A stretch of DNA of 32,000 nt, taken from Candidatus Saccharimonadota bacterium. GTDB taxonomy: Bacteria > Pseudomonadota > Gammaproteobacteria > Enterobacterales > Enterobacteriaceae. The position numbers were made by a program, and so were the translations under genes. The DNA is taken from the NCBI GenBank assembly GCA_049942765.1, contig CP188086.1, positions 570,001 to 602,000 of the forward strand, read 5' to 3'. The notes under the pieces are model-generated. The model was not told the DNA's origin and ran no database searches. It saw nothing but the letters and a program-made list of their open reading frames with translations. Of this stretch, positions 1-10,051 are shown one piece after another. Position 1 is the stretch's first letter, and the number at the start of each line of letters is the position of its first letter.

Positions 1-1665
1 TATCAATCATTATGCCCTTTTCATAACGAAAAAACACCATCATTTACTGTAAATCACAACAAACAATTTTACTATTGTTTTGGTTGTAATGCTCATGGTA
101 ATGCAATTGATTTTTTAATGAACTATGAAAAATTAAATTTTTTAGAAAGTGTTGAAGAATTGTCTATTTTTAATGGATTAATAATACCAAAAAAAATAAA
201 CAATAAATTAACAAATAACGATATATGTAATAAATATATATATCACACAACATTACAAAAAATTTGTAATATATATGTAAAAAAAATGTTAAAACCAATA
301 AATAATATTGCTTATCAATATTTAATTCATAGAGGAATTAAACCAAATATAATACATCATTTTTCCATTGGTTTTTCCGGGGAAAAAATTAATTACATTT
401 CTCAATATTATAAATTTAATATTAACACATTAAATATTTTAATAAAATTAGGGATAATTGTACAAGATCATAAAAACAAACAATATGATCACTTTAGAAA
501 AAGAATAATTTTCCCTATCCGTGATAAACATGGAAGAATAAATGGTTTTGGAGGACGTTCAATATATTCTAATATTAAACCTAAATATTTAAATTCTCCT
601 GATAGTATTACCTTTAAAAAAAATAGACAAATATATGGAATTTTTGAATTACTTCAATATAATCCATTGCCTAATAAAATTATTGTAGTAGAAGGTTATA
701 TAGATGTAATTATGATGACACAACATCACATTCATGATGTTGTAGCTGTGTTAGGGAGTTCAATAACTACAGAACAAATTCAATATCTTTTTCGTATTAC
801 TAATACAATTATTTATTGTTATGATGGAGATCTAGCTGGACGAAATGCTTCTTGGAAATCATTAATTTTATCACTACCATATTTAAAAAATCAAAAGAAA
901 ATAAAATTCATTTTTTTACCAACAGGTACTGATCCAGATTCTATCATTAAAACTGAAGGAACAAATAAGTTTGTACATAGAATTAATAACGCCATTACAC
1001 TTTCGGATTTTTTATTTTCAAAACTATTAAAAAAATTTAATTTAACTTCTATTGAAGATAAATCTTATTTTACATCTTATACATTATCATTAATTAATCA
1101 AATTCCAAATACAATTACAAAAATATATCTAAGAAAACAATTAGGATATGAATTAGGAATACTTGATATAGAACAAATTAACAATATATTATATAAACAT
1201 CATAAAAAGCATAAAAATACCATTGTTATTAAACAGACACCTATGCGAATTCTTATTGGATTGTTAATACAAAATCCAAAATTATCATTATTAATACCAC
1301 ATAAACATAATTTAATTAATTTAAACATACCAGGATCAAATCTATTTTTAAATTTAATTAATATATGTATTAATAATCCAAATTATCACACAGGACAAAT
1401 ATTAGAACTATACAGAGGAAATATTATTGAAAATATTTTGAGAAAACTAATAATATGGGATCATATGATAGTAGAAAAAAAAATCAAAGAAGTATTTATT
1501 GACACATTAAATAATATTCGTTATCAAATATTAGAAAATAAATATCAAAAATTCATTATTAAAGAAAAACTTCAGGGATTAAACTCAACAGAAAAAAAAA
1601 AATTATGGTTAATTACAAAATATTTATCTCTAAAATCAAAAAAAAAAATTAAACAAAATATCTAA
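1..1665 (+). CDS. dnaG: DNA primase DnaG, 5'-truncated by the window edge
   Basis: Frame 1 from base 1 reads [45 protein letters not shown]. This is the DnaG CHC2 zinc-finger and nearly identical to E. coli [43 protein letters not shown]. The frame stays open into the listed 118..1665 ORF, which carries the Toprim motif EGYIDVIMM, so the ATG at 118 is internal. The rpoD gene follows, as in the rpsU-dnaG-rpoD operon. Confidence 0.95.
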   Translation, partial: [554 protein letters not shown]

Positions 1666-1800
1666 ATAAACTAAATAATTTATTTATCAATACATAATTA
1701 ATATTTTGTATATTTTTATATGTAATTTACAATATTATATTATATTCATTGAATAATATTTCAATTTGTCTCATAACATGAAAAAATTTCATAAATTAAC

Positions 1801-1827
1801 TTAATTTAGTTAATTTAGTTAATTTTA
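1801..1827. repeat. 9-bp tandem repeat, about 3 copies (ttaatttag ttaatttag ttaatttta), 30 nt upstream of the rpoD start
   Basis: Read directly from the sequence. There are two exact copies plus a third with 2 mismatches. Confidence 0.6.
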
Positions 1828-1857
1828 CTTCAATTAATTTACATATGGACATCATTT

Positions 1858-3702
1858 ATGGAGCACAACCCACAATCACAATTAAAATTACTTATTACAC
1901 ATGGTAAAGAACAAGGATATTTAACCTATGCTGAAGTAAATGATCATCTACCAGAAGATTTAGTAGATGCTGACCAAATAGAAGATATCATTCAAATGAT
2001 TAATGATATGGGTATTCAAGTAGTAGAAGAAGCACCTGATGCTGATGATTTAATTCTAAATGAAACAAGAAATAATGATACTGATGAAGACGCAGTAGAA
2101 GCAGCTGCTCAAGTATTATCAAGTGTAGAATCTGAATTAGGTAGAACCACTGATCCTGTACGAATGTACATGAGAGAAATGGGAGCGGTTGAATTATTAA
2201 CACGAGAAGGTGAAATAGATATTGCTAAAAGAATTGAAGAAGGTATCAATCAAGTTCAATGTTCTGTTGCAGAATATCCAGAAGCTATTACTTATTTACT
2301 TAAACAATATGATCGAGTAGAATCTGGAGATATGCAATTGTCAGATTTGATTATAGGATTTATTGAACCTAATATAGATGAAATAATTTCTCCATCTATT
2401 ATGAATTTAGAAGCAGATCTCGCAGCTGCAGCTAAAAATCATGAATTAACAAAAAACCATGACGAAGAACATCATACTGATGAAGAAAATAATATTGATC
2501 CAGTACTAGCTCAACAAAAATTTTCAGAATTAAGAAATCAATACTTTACTACTAACCAAATTATTAAAAATAAAAATCGCAATCATAAAGATGCCTTACT
2601 TGAAATACAAAATTTATCAGAAATATTTAAACAATTTAGATTAGTACCTAAACAATTTAATTATTTAGTAAATAACATGCGTAATATGATGGAACGTGTA
2701 CGTATTCAAGAAAGATATGTCATGAAACTATTTGTAGAAAAATGCCAAATTCCCAAAAAAAATTTTATACATATTTTTAACCCATCTGACACTAACAATA
2801 ATTGGTTTCATAAAGTAAAAAAAATGAATAAAACATGGTCGGAAAAATTATTTCAATTTAAAGAATTAATACATAATAGTTTACATGCACTTATGTCAGT
2901 AGAAAAAGAAACTGGACTAACTATAGAACAAGTGAAAGATATTAATAAAAGAATGTCTATTGGTGAAGCTAAAGCCAAGCGAGCTAAAAGAGAAATGGTT
3001 GAAGCTAACTTAAGATTAGTTATTTCTATTGCTAAAAAATATACTAATCGAGGTTTACAATTTTTAGATCTTATTCAAGAAGGAAATATAGGTTTAATGA
3101 AAGCAGTAGATAAATTTGAATATCGACGTGGATATAAATTTTCTACATACGCAACATGGTGGATTAGACAAGCAATTACCCGTTCTATAGCAGATCAAGC
3201 CAGAACAATTCGTATTCCAGTACACATGATAGAAACAATCAATAAACTTAATCGTATTTCTAGACAGATGCTACAAGAAATAGGACGGGAACCCACTCCT
3301 GAAGAATTATCAGAAAAAATGTTAATACCTGAAGAAAAGATCAGAAAAGTATTAAAGATAGCTAAAGAACCAATATCAATGGAAACACCTATTGGAGATG
3401 ATGATGATTCACATTTAGGAGATTTTATCGAAGATACTACATTAGAATTACCATTAGATTCTGCTACAGCAGAAAGTCTTAAATCAGCGACTCATAATGT
3501 ATTAGCAGGTTTAACACCTAGAGAAGCTAAAGTATTACGTATGAGATTTGGTATTGATATGAATTCTGATCATACCTTAGAAGAAGTCGGTAAACAATTT
3601 GATGTAACACGTGAAAGAATACGACAAATCGAAGCAAAAGCTCTAAGAAAATTACGTCACCCAAGTAGGTCAGAAATACTAAAAAGTTTTTTAGATGAAT
3701 AA
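1858..3702 (+). CDS. rpoD: RNA polymerase sigma-70 factor RpoD
   Basis: The 614-aa product starts [37 protein letters not shown]. Regions 2-4 are almost identical to E. coli RpoD ([63 protein letters not shown], and the C-terminus [15 protein letters not shown]). Confidence 0.98.
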   Translation: MEHNPQSQLKLLITHGKEQGYLTYAEVNDHLPEDLVDADQIEDIIQMINDMGIQVVEEAPDADDLILNETRNNDTDEDAVEAAAQVLSSVESELGRTTDPVRMYMREMGAVELLTREGEIDIAKRIEEGINQVQCSVAEYPEAITYLLKQYDRVESGDMQLSDLIIGFIEPNIDEIISPSIMNLEADLAAAAKNHELTKNHDEEHHTDEENNIDPVLAQQKFSELRNQYFTTNQIIKNKNRNHKDALLEIQNLSEIFKQFRLVPKQFNYLVNNMRNMMERVRIQERYVMKLFVEKCQIPKKNFIHIFNPSDTNNNWFHKVKKMNKTWSEKLFQFKELIHNSLHALMSVEKETGLTIEQVKDINKRMSIGEAKAKRAKREMVEANLRLVISIAKKYTNRGLQFLDLIQEGNIGLMKAVDKFEYRRGYKFSTYATWWIRQAITRSIADQARTIRIPVHMIETINKLNRISRQMLQEIGREPTPEELSEKMLIPEEKIRKVLKIAKEPISMETPIGDDDDSHLGDFIEDTTLELPLDSATAESLKSATHNVLAGLTPREAKVLRMRFGIDMNSDHTLEEVGKQFDVTRERIRQIEAKALRKLRHPSRSEILKSFLDE

Positions 3703-3745
3703 TTTATTCTATATATACATATGTTTTATTGTCTAATTAAATCAG

Positions 3746-3771
3746 AAGCTTCCTAAGAACCATGGAAGCTT
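3746..3771. terminator. Stem-loop between convergent rpoD and cysE (8-bp stem aagcttcc/ggaagctt, 10-nt loop)
   Basis: The bases were paired by hand. It is the only GC-containing hairpin in the 200-bp convergent spacer. There is no strong U-tract. Confidence 0.4.
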
Positions 3772-3903
3772 GTATATAACATTTAATACTATATAAAAAT
3801 AAAATTAAAATCGTTTAAATCACAATTAATATGAAATAATTTACGTATCTAATTTCTATTTATATAATCAATAAATAATAAAAATTGGTATAAATAATAT
3901 TGT

Positions 3904-4731
3904 CTAAATGCCAGCGCCTTGTTCATATGTACATTCTATAGGTCGAATCGAACTAATACCATGATTATTAGTCATATGATAAAAATGCTTATTATATATA
4001 TTAACAATTTTAGCTGGTATGCCAACAGCTGTTGCATATGCTGGTATAGAATTCAACACTACCGAACCAGCACCTATTTTTGAAGCAAAACCTATTTCAA
4101 TGTTACCTAATATTTTTGCACCTGCTCCAATTACTACTTCGGATCTAATTTTTGGATGACGATCACCCATTTTTTTTCCTGTTCCCCCTAAAGTAACTGA
4201 TTGGAAAATAGATACATTATTATCAATGACTACAGTTTCACCAATTACAATGCCTGTGGCATGATCAAACATAACACCAGAACCTATAATAGCTGCAGGG
4301 TGAATATCTACTGATAATAATTTAGATATTTGATATTGTAAATATAATGCTAAAGATTTTTGATTATTATTCCATAAATAATGAGCAATACGATATGCTT
4401 GTAAAGCATGAAAACCTTTAAAATACAACAAAGGTATTACATAACTATTTACAGATGGATCATGAGTATATATAGACTGCAAATCTGCGCTAGCATGTTC
4501 TATAATAATTGGATGAGATATACAAGATTTATTACATATATTATATAACATATCATGTGATACAATCGCATCTGACAATTGATCAGCAATAATATTTATA
4601 ATTGATTCTTTTAAATTATTACATTGAAAAATATATTTATTATATAACTTTGACAATAATGGTTCTTTTTTTAATAAAAATTCAGTTTCATTAACTATTA
4701 TATCCCATAAAACATCTAACATTTTTAACAT
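3904..4731 (-). CDS. cysE: Serine O-acetyltransferase CysE
   Basis: The 275-aa product aligns along its full length with E. coli CysE (TRDPxV..YxTPLLYxKGFHALQAYRIxHxLW, DIHPAAxIGxGxMxDHATGIVxGETxVIxNxVSIxQSVTLGGTGK..DRHPKIR, and a C-terminal YExGxGI). Confidence 0.95.
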   Translation of the reverse strand: MLKMLDVLWDIIVNETEFLLKKEPLLSKLYNKYIFQCNNLKESIINIIADQLSDAIVSHDMLYNICNKSCISHPIIIEHASADLQSIYTHDPSVNSYVIPLLYFKGFHALQAYRIAHYLWNNNQKSLALYLQYQISKLLSVDIHPAAIIGSGVMFDHATGIVIGETVVIDNNVSIFQSVTLGGTGKKMGDRHPKIRSEVVIGAGAKILGNIEIGFASKIGAGSVVLNSIPAYATAVGIPAKIVNIYNKHFYHMTNNHGISSIRPIECTYEQGAGI

Positions 4732-5372
4732 GTATATTCTCTCTATAAATAATTTTATAAAAAAATATTAAGAATACATAATAATTTATTTATTAAACAC
4801 AATTATAATTTAAAATACAAAAAAGAACATATTAATAAAATATAATTTTTTAGTGTTTATTATTTAATAATAATCAAATTTATATTTTAATATAATAAAA
4901 ATTATAAAAAATATACATACAACAATATAAAAACACTACCAATGATAGTATGTTAAATAACACTACAATGTTAAAAACATATTAGTCCATAATCTATACA
5001 TAACTATATTGCATTTCATTAAATATAAAATAATAAATATATAAATAATATATAATTACCAAAAAACAAACATAAAAAAAAATATTTTTATTTCAATCAA
5101 TACGTATATAAATAAATAATTAAAAATTCGTACTATATTGCATAAAACGTATTTTTCATATATAAAACAATATATTCATATATAAAAACAATCAACAGAA
5201 TATATTGCTATTTCAATTATTATAAAACACGAAAATAAAATATGTATGTTGTTTAAATAGACTAGATAATAAATAATCATATATTTAAAAAATAAATGTA
5301 TATATTCAAAAAATAACACCCTTATTAAGGTATTTTAAAAAAAAATTATTTATTAAAACAACATAAATAATT

Positions 5373-6755
5373 TTATTTACTAATATTCAATCTAATTTTT
5401 TCATTGTAAATAGTTTTTTTAACTTGATCAAATGATACACCTCCTGTAGAATTACGTGCTTTAATACATGATTCTAAACTCAAAAAGGGGTACACATCAT
5501 CTTCAATATAAATACAATATTTTTTATAAATTTCTAAATCTAATTCAGTTAAGCTTATATTTTTTTGCATCGCTTCTAGTACAATTTGTCCTACTATATA
5601 ATGAGCTTCTCTAAATGGAATTCCTTTTTTAACTAAATAATCCGCTAACTCTGTAGAATTACTGTAACCTAATTTTGCTGCAGAAAAACATACAGAAGAT
5701 TTTATTGTTATAGTCTCTAATATTAATTTAGACATCTTTAAACAATTGTTCCAAATATCTAATGCTTTAAACAAAGCTTCTTTATCTTCTTGCATATCTT
5801 TATTATATGACAATGGTAAACTTTTTAGTAACGTTAACACTTGAATTAAAGAACCATACACACATGAACAACGACCACGAATCAATTCTAACGCATCTGG
5901 ATTTTTTTTTTGAGGCATTAAAGATGAACCTGATGTGACTAAATCAGATAAATCAATAAAATTAGCTTCCCCTGAGTTAAAAAAAATTAAATCTTCAGAA
6001 AAACGAGATAAATGTAACATGCTAATTGAAGCAATAGATAATAATTCTACAACATAATCTCTATCACTAACACTATCTAAACAATTTTTACTTGTAGAAG
6101 AAAAATGTAATTCTTGAGACAATTTTTCACGATTTATACCCCAAGTAGTTCCTGCTAAAGCTCCAGAACCTAATGGATTCACATCCATGCGATCATAACA
6201 ATTATTTAATCTACTTGTGTCTCTTTTAAACATTTCTAGATAAGCTAAACACCAATAAGCAAACGTAATTGGTTGTGCTCTTTGCAAATGTGTATATCCT
6301 GGTATGATAATGTCAATTGTTTTTTCTGCAGTTATAACTAAAATTTTTTTTAATTCAACTAAAGTAGTTAGTAATAATAATGTTTGAGATTTACACCATA
6401 GTTTTAAATCTGTTGTTACTTGATCATTACGGCTTCTACCAGTATGTAATTTTTTTCCCAAATTACCAATCTTATTTATTAATTGTTCTTCAACCCAACT
6501 ATGAATATCTTCTGCATCACTCCTTAAAATAAGATGTGGCTTATATTTTACTTCATTTAACACAGTTAATAATGCTTTTTCGATTGTTTCTTGTTCTTTT
6601 AATGTAATAATATTTTGATCTAGAATAGCTTTGGACCAAGCAATAGAACTACAAATATCTTGTTCTAATAACCGATAATCAGTTTTTAATGAATTATTAA
6701 ATTTTTTAAAAAAATCATTATTAGTTTTAGAAAAACGTCCACCCCACAGTGCCAT
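5373..6755 (-). CDS. argH: Argininosuccinate lyase ArgH
   Basis: The product aligns with E. coli ArgH from MALWGGRF onward ([40 protein letters not shown]). The ORF track starts 4 codons earlier at 6767 (MEYIM). I prefer the ATG at 6755 because it matches the E. coli N-terminus and the upstream atGGAGtatata supplies a Shine-Dalgarno sequence. Confidence 0.93.
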   Translation of the reverse strand: MALWGGRFSKTNNDFFKKFNNSLKTDYRLLEQDICSSIAWSKAILDQNIITLKEQETIEKALLTVLNEVKYKPHLILRSDAEDIHSWVEEQLINKIGNLGKKLHTGRSRNDQVTTDLKLWCKSQTLLLLTTLVELKKILVITAEKTIDIIIPGYTHLQRAQPITFAYWCLAYLEMFKRDTSRLNNCYDRMDVNPLGSGALAGTTWGINREKLSQELHFSSTSKNCLDSVSDRDYVVELLSIASISMLHLSRFSEDLIFFNSGEANFIDLSDLVTSGSSLMPQKKNPDALELIRGRCSCVYGSLIQVLTLLKSLPLSYNKDMQEDKEALFKALDIWNNCLKMSKLILETITIKSSVCFSAAKLGYSNSTELADYLVKKGIPFREAHYIVGQIVLEAMQKNISLTELDLEIYKKYCIYIEDDVYPFLSLESCIKARNSTGGVSFDQVKKTIYNEKIRLNISK

Positions 6756-6819
6756 TATATACTCCATAAAATATGCTAATAAAAAATAAATATTAAAAAT
6801 AATATATCAATTTGAAATA

Positions 6820-8043
6820 TCATTCATTATTTAATTTATTTTGAATAACAGCTCGTGTTCGAGCAGGTAAAGAATAAAGACGAATAAAACCTGTAGCATC
6901 AACATGTTGATAAATCTTGTCAGTACTAAAAGTAGATAGTTTTTGAGAATATAAAGAATTATCAGATCTTTTTTGAATAATCATAACAGATCCTTTATAT
7001 AATTTTAATATTACTTCTCCATTCATTAATTTAGTAAATACACTAACAGCTGAACGTATAGATTCACAACAAGGTGAAAACCAATGTCCATCATAAACTA
7101 AATAAGACATATTTAAAGCTAATTTAGATCTCCAACGTCGACTATCTCTATCTAATACCAATTCTTCAATAGCACGAAGAGCTTTAACAATAATAGTTCC
7201 TCCTGGGGTTTCATAACAACCTCTAGATTTCATTCCAATTAATCTATTTTCTACAATATCTATTCTTCCAATGCCATGAATAGAACCTAGATAATTCAAT
7301 TTTTCTAAACACTCAACAGGAGTCATAGAAACCCCATTAAGAACAGTAACTATTCCTTGAGTTATTTCAATTGATAAATATTCTGGTTCATCTGGTGCTA
7401 TTATAGGATCTACAGTACGCACCCAACAATCATTTGTTGGAGCATTCCAAGGATCTTCTAATCTGCCACCTTCAGTAGAAGTATGCCAAATGTTATCATC
7501 TCGACTATATATTTTTTCTACAGTAGCTGAAGTAGCTATATTTTTTAATTTTAAATATTCTAATAAATCTTCTCTAGAACTAAAATTCCATTTTCTCCAC
7601 GGAGCTAACACTTCTAGATCTGGAGCTAATGATGTGTATACTAATTCAAATCGAACTTGATCGTTTCCTTTACCTGTTGAACCATGACATAAAAATTTAG
7701 CATTTAATTGTATTGCTAAATCTACTTGTGTTTTAGCAATAATAGGACGAGATATACTAGTACCTAATAAATAATTATCTTCATAAATTGCTCCAGTATG
7801 AATTAATGGATAAATGTAATTACATAAAAAATCATGGCGTAAATCTAACATATAAAATCCGTCAGCGCCTGAATTAAATGCTTTTTGTTTAACACTTTTT
7901 AAATCTTCTTCGGACTGTCCAATATTAGCTACAAAAGCAATAACCTGAAGATTATAATTTTCTTTAATCCAGGGGATAATAGCAGATGTATCTAAACCGC
8001 CAGAATAGGCTAATATAGCTTTATTTAATAATTTTGTATTCAT
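6820..8043 (-). CDS. argG: Argininosuccinate synthase ArgG (short, type-I-like form)
   Basis: Motifs present are AYSGGLDTS, LLGTSISRPIIAK, STGKGNDQVRFE and NRLIGMKSRGCYETPGG. The ORF track starts at GTG 8055 (MLIKM). The ATG at 8043, preceded by aaggtg, is more likely, but the start remains uncertain by 12 nt. Confidence 0.93.
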   Translation of the reverse strand: MNTKLLNKAILAYSGGLDTSAIIPWIKENYNLQVIAFVANIGQSEEDLKSVKQKAFNSGADGFYMLDLRHDFLCNYIYPLIHTGAIYEDNYLLGTSISRPIIAKTQVDLAIQLNAKFLCHGSTGKGNDQVRFELVYTSLAPDLEVLAPWRKWNFSSREDLLEYLKLKNIATSATVEKIYSRDDNIWHTSTEGGRLEDPWNAPTNDCWVRTVDPIIAPDEPEYLSIEITQGIVTVLNGVSMTPVECLEKLNYLGSIHGIGRIDIVENRLIGMKSRGCYETPGGTIIVKALRAIEELVLDRDSRRWRSKLALNMSYLVYDGHWFSPCCESIRSAVSVFTKLMNGEVILKLYKGSVMIIQKRSDNSLYSQKLSTFSTDKIYQHVDATGFIRLYSLPARTRAVIQNKLNNE

Positions 8044-8096
8044 TTTTATCAACACCTTAAATATTTAAGTTCAATAATATTACGAAATATATAATA

Positions 8097-8873
8097 TTAC
8101 ACAATAATTCGTGTTCCAATTGAAATACCTTGAAACAATAATTCTAACTGTGAAGAATCTTGCCAACTAGCAATATCAACTGAATGTCCTAACATCTGAG
8201 CAGCATCTAAAGCAGCATATACTTTTACGATCATACCATCAGTAATAATACCTCTGGAAATTAAATCGTCAGCTTCTAATTTATTAATTGATGAAATACG
8301 TTGTCCTTTACCATCTAAAATAGAACTTACATCAGACAATAAAATTAAATTGGCATGCAATGTTTTAGCAATAGCTGCAGCTGCTACATCAGCATTAATA
8401 TTCATTAATAGACCATCACTAGCAATACCTATTGAACTAATTACAGGAATAAAATTATGATTTAAAATCATGTTAAGAAAAATAGGTGAATTAGGTTTAG
8501 CTGAACCTACACAACCTAACTTAGAATTTATTGGTGTTACAATAACTGTATCTCCATCTGACAAACATAAACCAATAGCATTAATATTCTTTTTTTTAGT
8601 CCAAGACAAAATAATTTTATTTACAGTTCCAGCTAAAATACCAGTAATTAAATGTATTTGATCATGTGGTGTTTGTCTTAACCCATCAATTTTTTTAATT
8701 TTAAAACCTTCCTTAGACATCATTGCATCAACATAATTGCCACCACCGTGTACAATTAATATTTTTCTATTATATAATTGACGATAATTTGATAAGAAAG
8801 TAAACAATCTTTCCATAGCAAAATTACTATCTAATAATACCCCGCCTAATTTTATAACTAAAGGATTAATCAT
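8097..8873 (-). CDS. argB: Acetylglutamate kinase ArgB (intact)
   Basis: The product is 258 aa, the same length as E. coli ArgB. It is collinear with it: [16 protein letters not shown]..., IVHGGG, LMNINADxAA, [16 protein letters not shown]. Confidence 0.95.
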   Translation of the reverse strand: MINPLVIKLGGVLLDSNFAMERLFTFLSNYRQLYNRKILIVHGGGNYVDAMMSKEGFKIKKIDGLRQTPHDQIHLITGILAGTVNKIILSWTKKKNINAIGLCLSDGDTVIVTPINSKLGCVGSAKPNSPIFLNMILNHNFIPVISSIGIASDGLLMNINADVAAAAIAKTLHANLILLSDVSSILDGKGQRISSINKLEADDLISRGIITDGMIVKVYAALDAAQMLGHSVDIASWQDSSQLELLFQGISIGTRIIV

Positions 8874-8881
8874 AATAAAAA

Positions 8882-9889
8882 TTAACCTATATATTGAAAT
8901 AAGTGATTCCGTTTTTTAATAAGTAAAACGAATATTATGACATTGAAATACTAGATAACAGTCCCTATTAATAAATTATCCTCTATAACTATAATAACTA
9001 AATATTGATGATATAATATAAAAACAATATCATGAAATAGCAATTTCATTACAAATTGTAGTTGAAGTAAACCATTTTTACATACGTATATATATGGTTT
9101 ATTTTAACAAATTTTTATAAAAAATTTGAATAACATCGTTATACTTCATACTATATTTTTTAAAAAGATAATAAAAAAAATACTATGTTTAAGAATACTT
9201 AAAGAAAAATTAATATTATAAGTAATTTTAAATATTCCACAATTTTAAAAGTATGTTTAATTCGATATATGTTATAAGAATATAAACTGATTAAAAAACT
9301 ATTATATATATTATTATTTTTAAATTACTCCACTGAAAACACTAATAGCATTTATAATTGATATATGATCCATAGATAAATAATTTTCAATAACTAATGG
9401 TTATAAAGCTAATTAAATGCAAATTCAATTCCATATTAGAATAGACAATGATGAAATATGTTATATTTTTATGAATATTTTATTTCAGTACACTATATAT
9501 TAATTTTTTATACAAATTGACATTAATAAAAAAAACTATAATATTTTATATAACGTTTTAATTACTCTCCTAAAAAAACAGATACATCCAAAACTATACA
9601 TCCGTAGCTAAAAAAACAACATACAATTATAATTAATACAATTATTTGTAGCAAAAAAAAAACACAATATTAAAAATAAAATTTTTATCATTAATCACTA
9701 AATGGTAAATAAAAATACAAATTCTTAATATCTTTTAATTTTCATCAAACATCTGAAATACGTTTCAAAATATCTAAAATAAATGATAAAAAATAATATT
9801 AGTGATTTAATCTAATGATATCAATTTAAATAATATATTTAATTTGTTCTAGAAAAATAGCTAGAATTTATGACTAAAGTATTTAACAT
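8882..9889 (-). pseudogene. argC: argC (N-acetyl-gamma-glutamyl-phosphate reductase) pseudogene, near full length with many in-frame stops
   Basis: Hand translation of the minus strand starts at ATG 9889 and reads MLNTLVINSSYFSRTN*, against E. coli MLNTLIVGASGYAGAEL. The stretch 8963-9046 reads KLLFHDIVFILYHQYLVIIVIEDNLLIG, against [28 protein letters not shown]. The stretch upstream of it reads NKPYIYVCKNGLLQL, against HKPLVRLYDKGVPAL. There are at least 4 stops in the first 26 codons, plus further stops at 9102-9104 and 8951-8953. Start and terminal stop (8882-8884) are 1008 nt apart and in the same frame; E. coli argC is 1005 nt. The relic ends 8 nt before the argB start. No ORF of 60 aa or more lies here. 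Confidence 0.85.
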
Positions 9890-10051
9890 AATTTATGTAT
9901 ACCTAATATCTATTATATTTTATATTAAAATAATAAAGTACAAACACCAATTTAATATATAAAAATATAATAAAGTTACACTAGATAAAATACATCATGT
10001 AGAATAATATAAATATAGATTATGCTAATCTACTATCAATAATTGCACAAC
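9890..10051. promoter_or_regulatory. Divergent argE/argC intergenic control region (the position of the argECBH bidirectional promoter in E. coli), now flanked by two dead genes
   Basis: This call rests on position only. It is the 162-bp spacer between the two relic start codons. I could not recognise an ARG box or a convincing promoter. Confidence 0.3.

Noticed and set aside
2000-2203. 67-aa ORF antisense to rpoD
   Set aside because: It lies entirely inside the well-supported rpoD frame. Its composition is low-complexity (L/Q/H-rich), it has no recognisable motif, and it has no Shine-Dalgarno sequence. It is a typical shadow ORF.
4981-5040. Possible SecB N-terminal relic (FNEMQYSYV against E. 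coli NTEMTFQIQ) on the minus strand
   Set aside because: Only the E-M dipeptide and one aromatic residue match. The downstream frame shows no further SecB similarity.
8470-8661. 63-aa ORF antisense to argB
   Set aside because: It is embedded in the conserved argB coding sequence and has no independent support.
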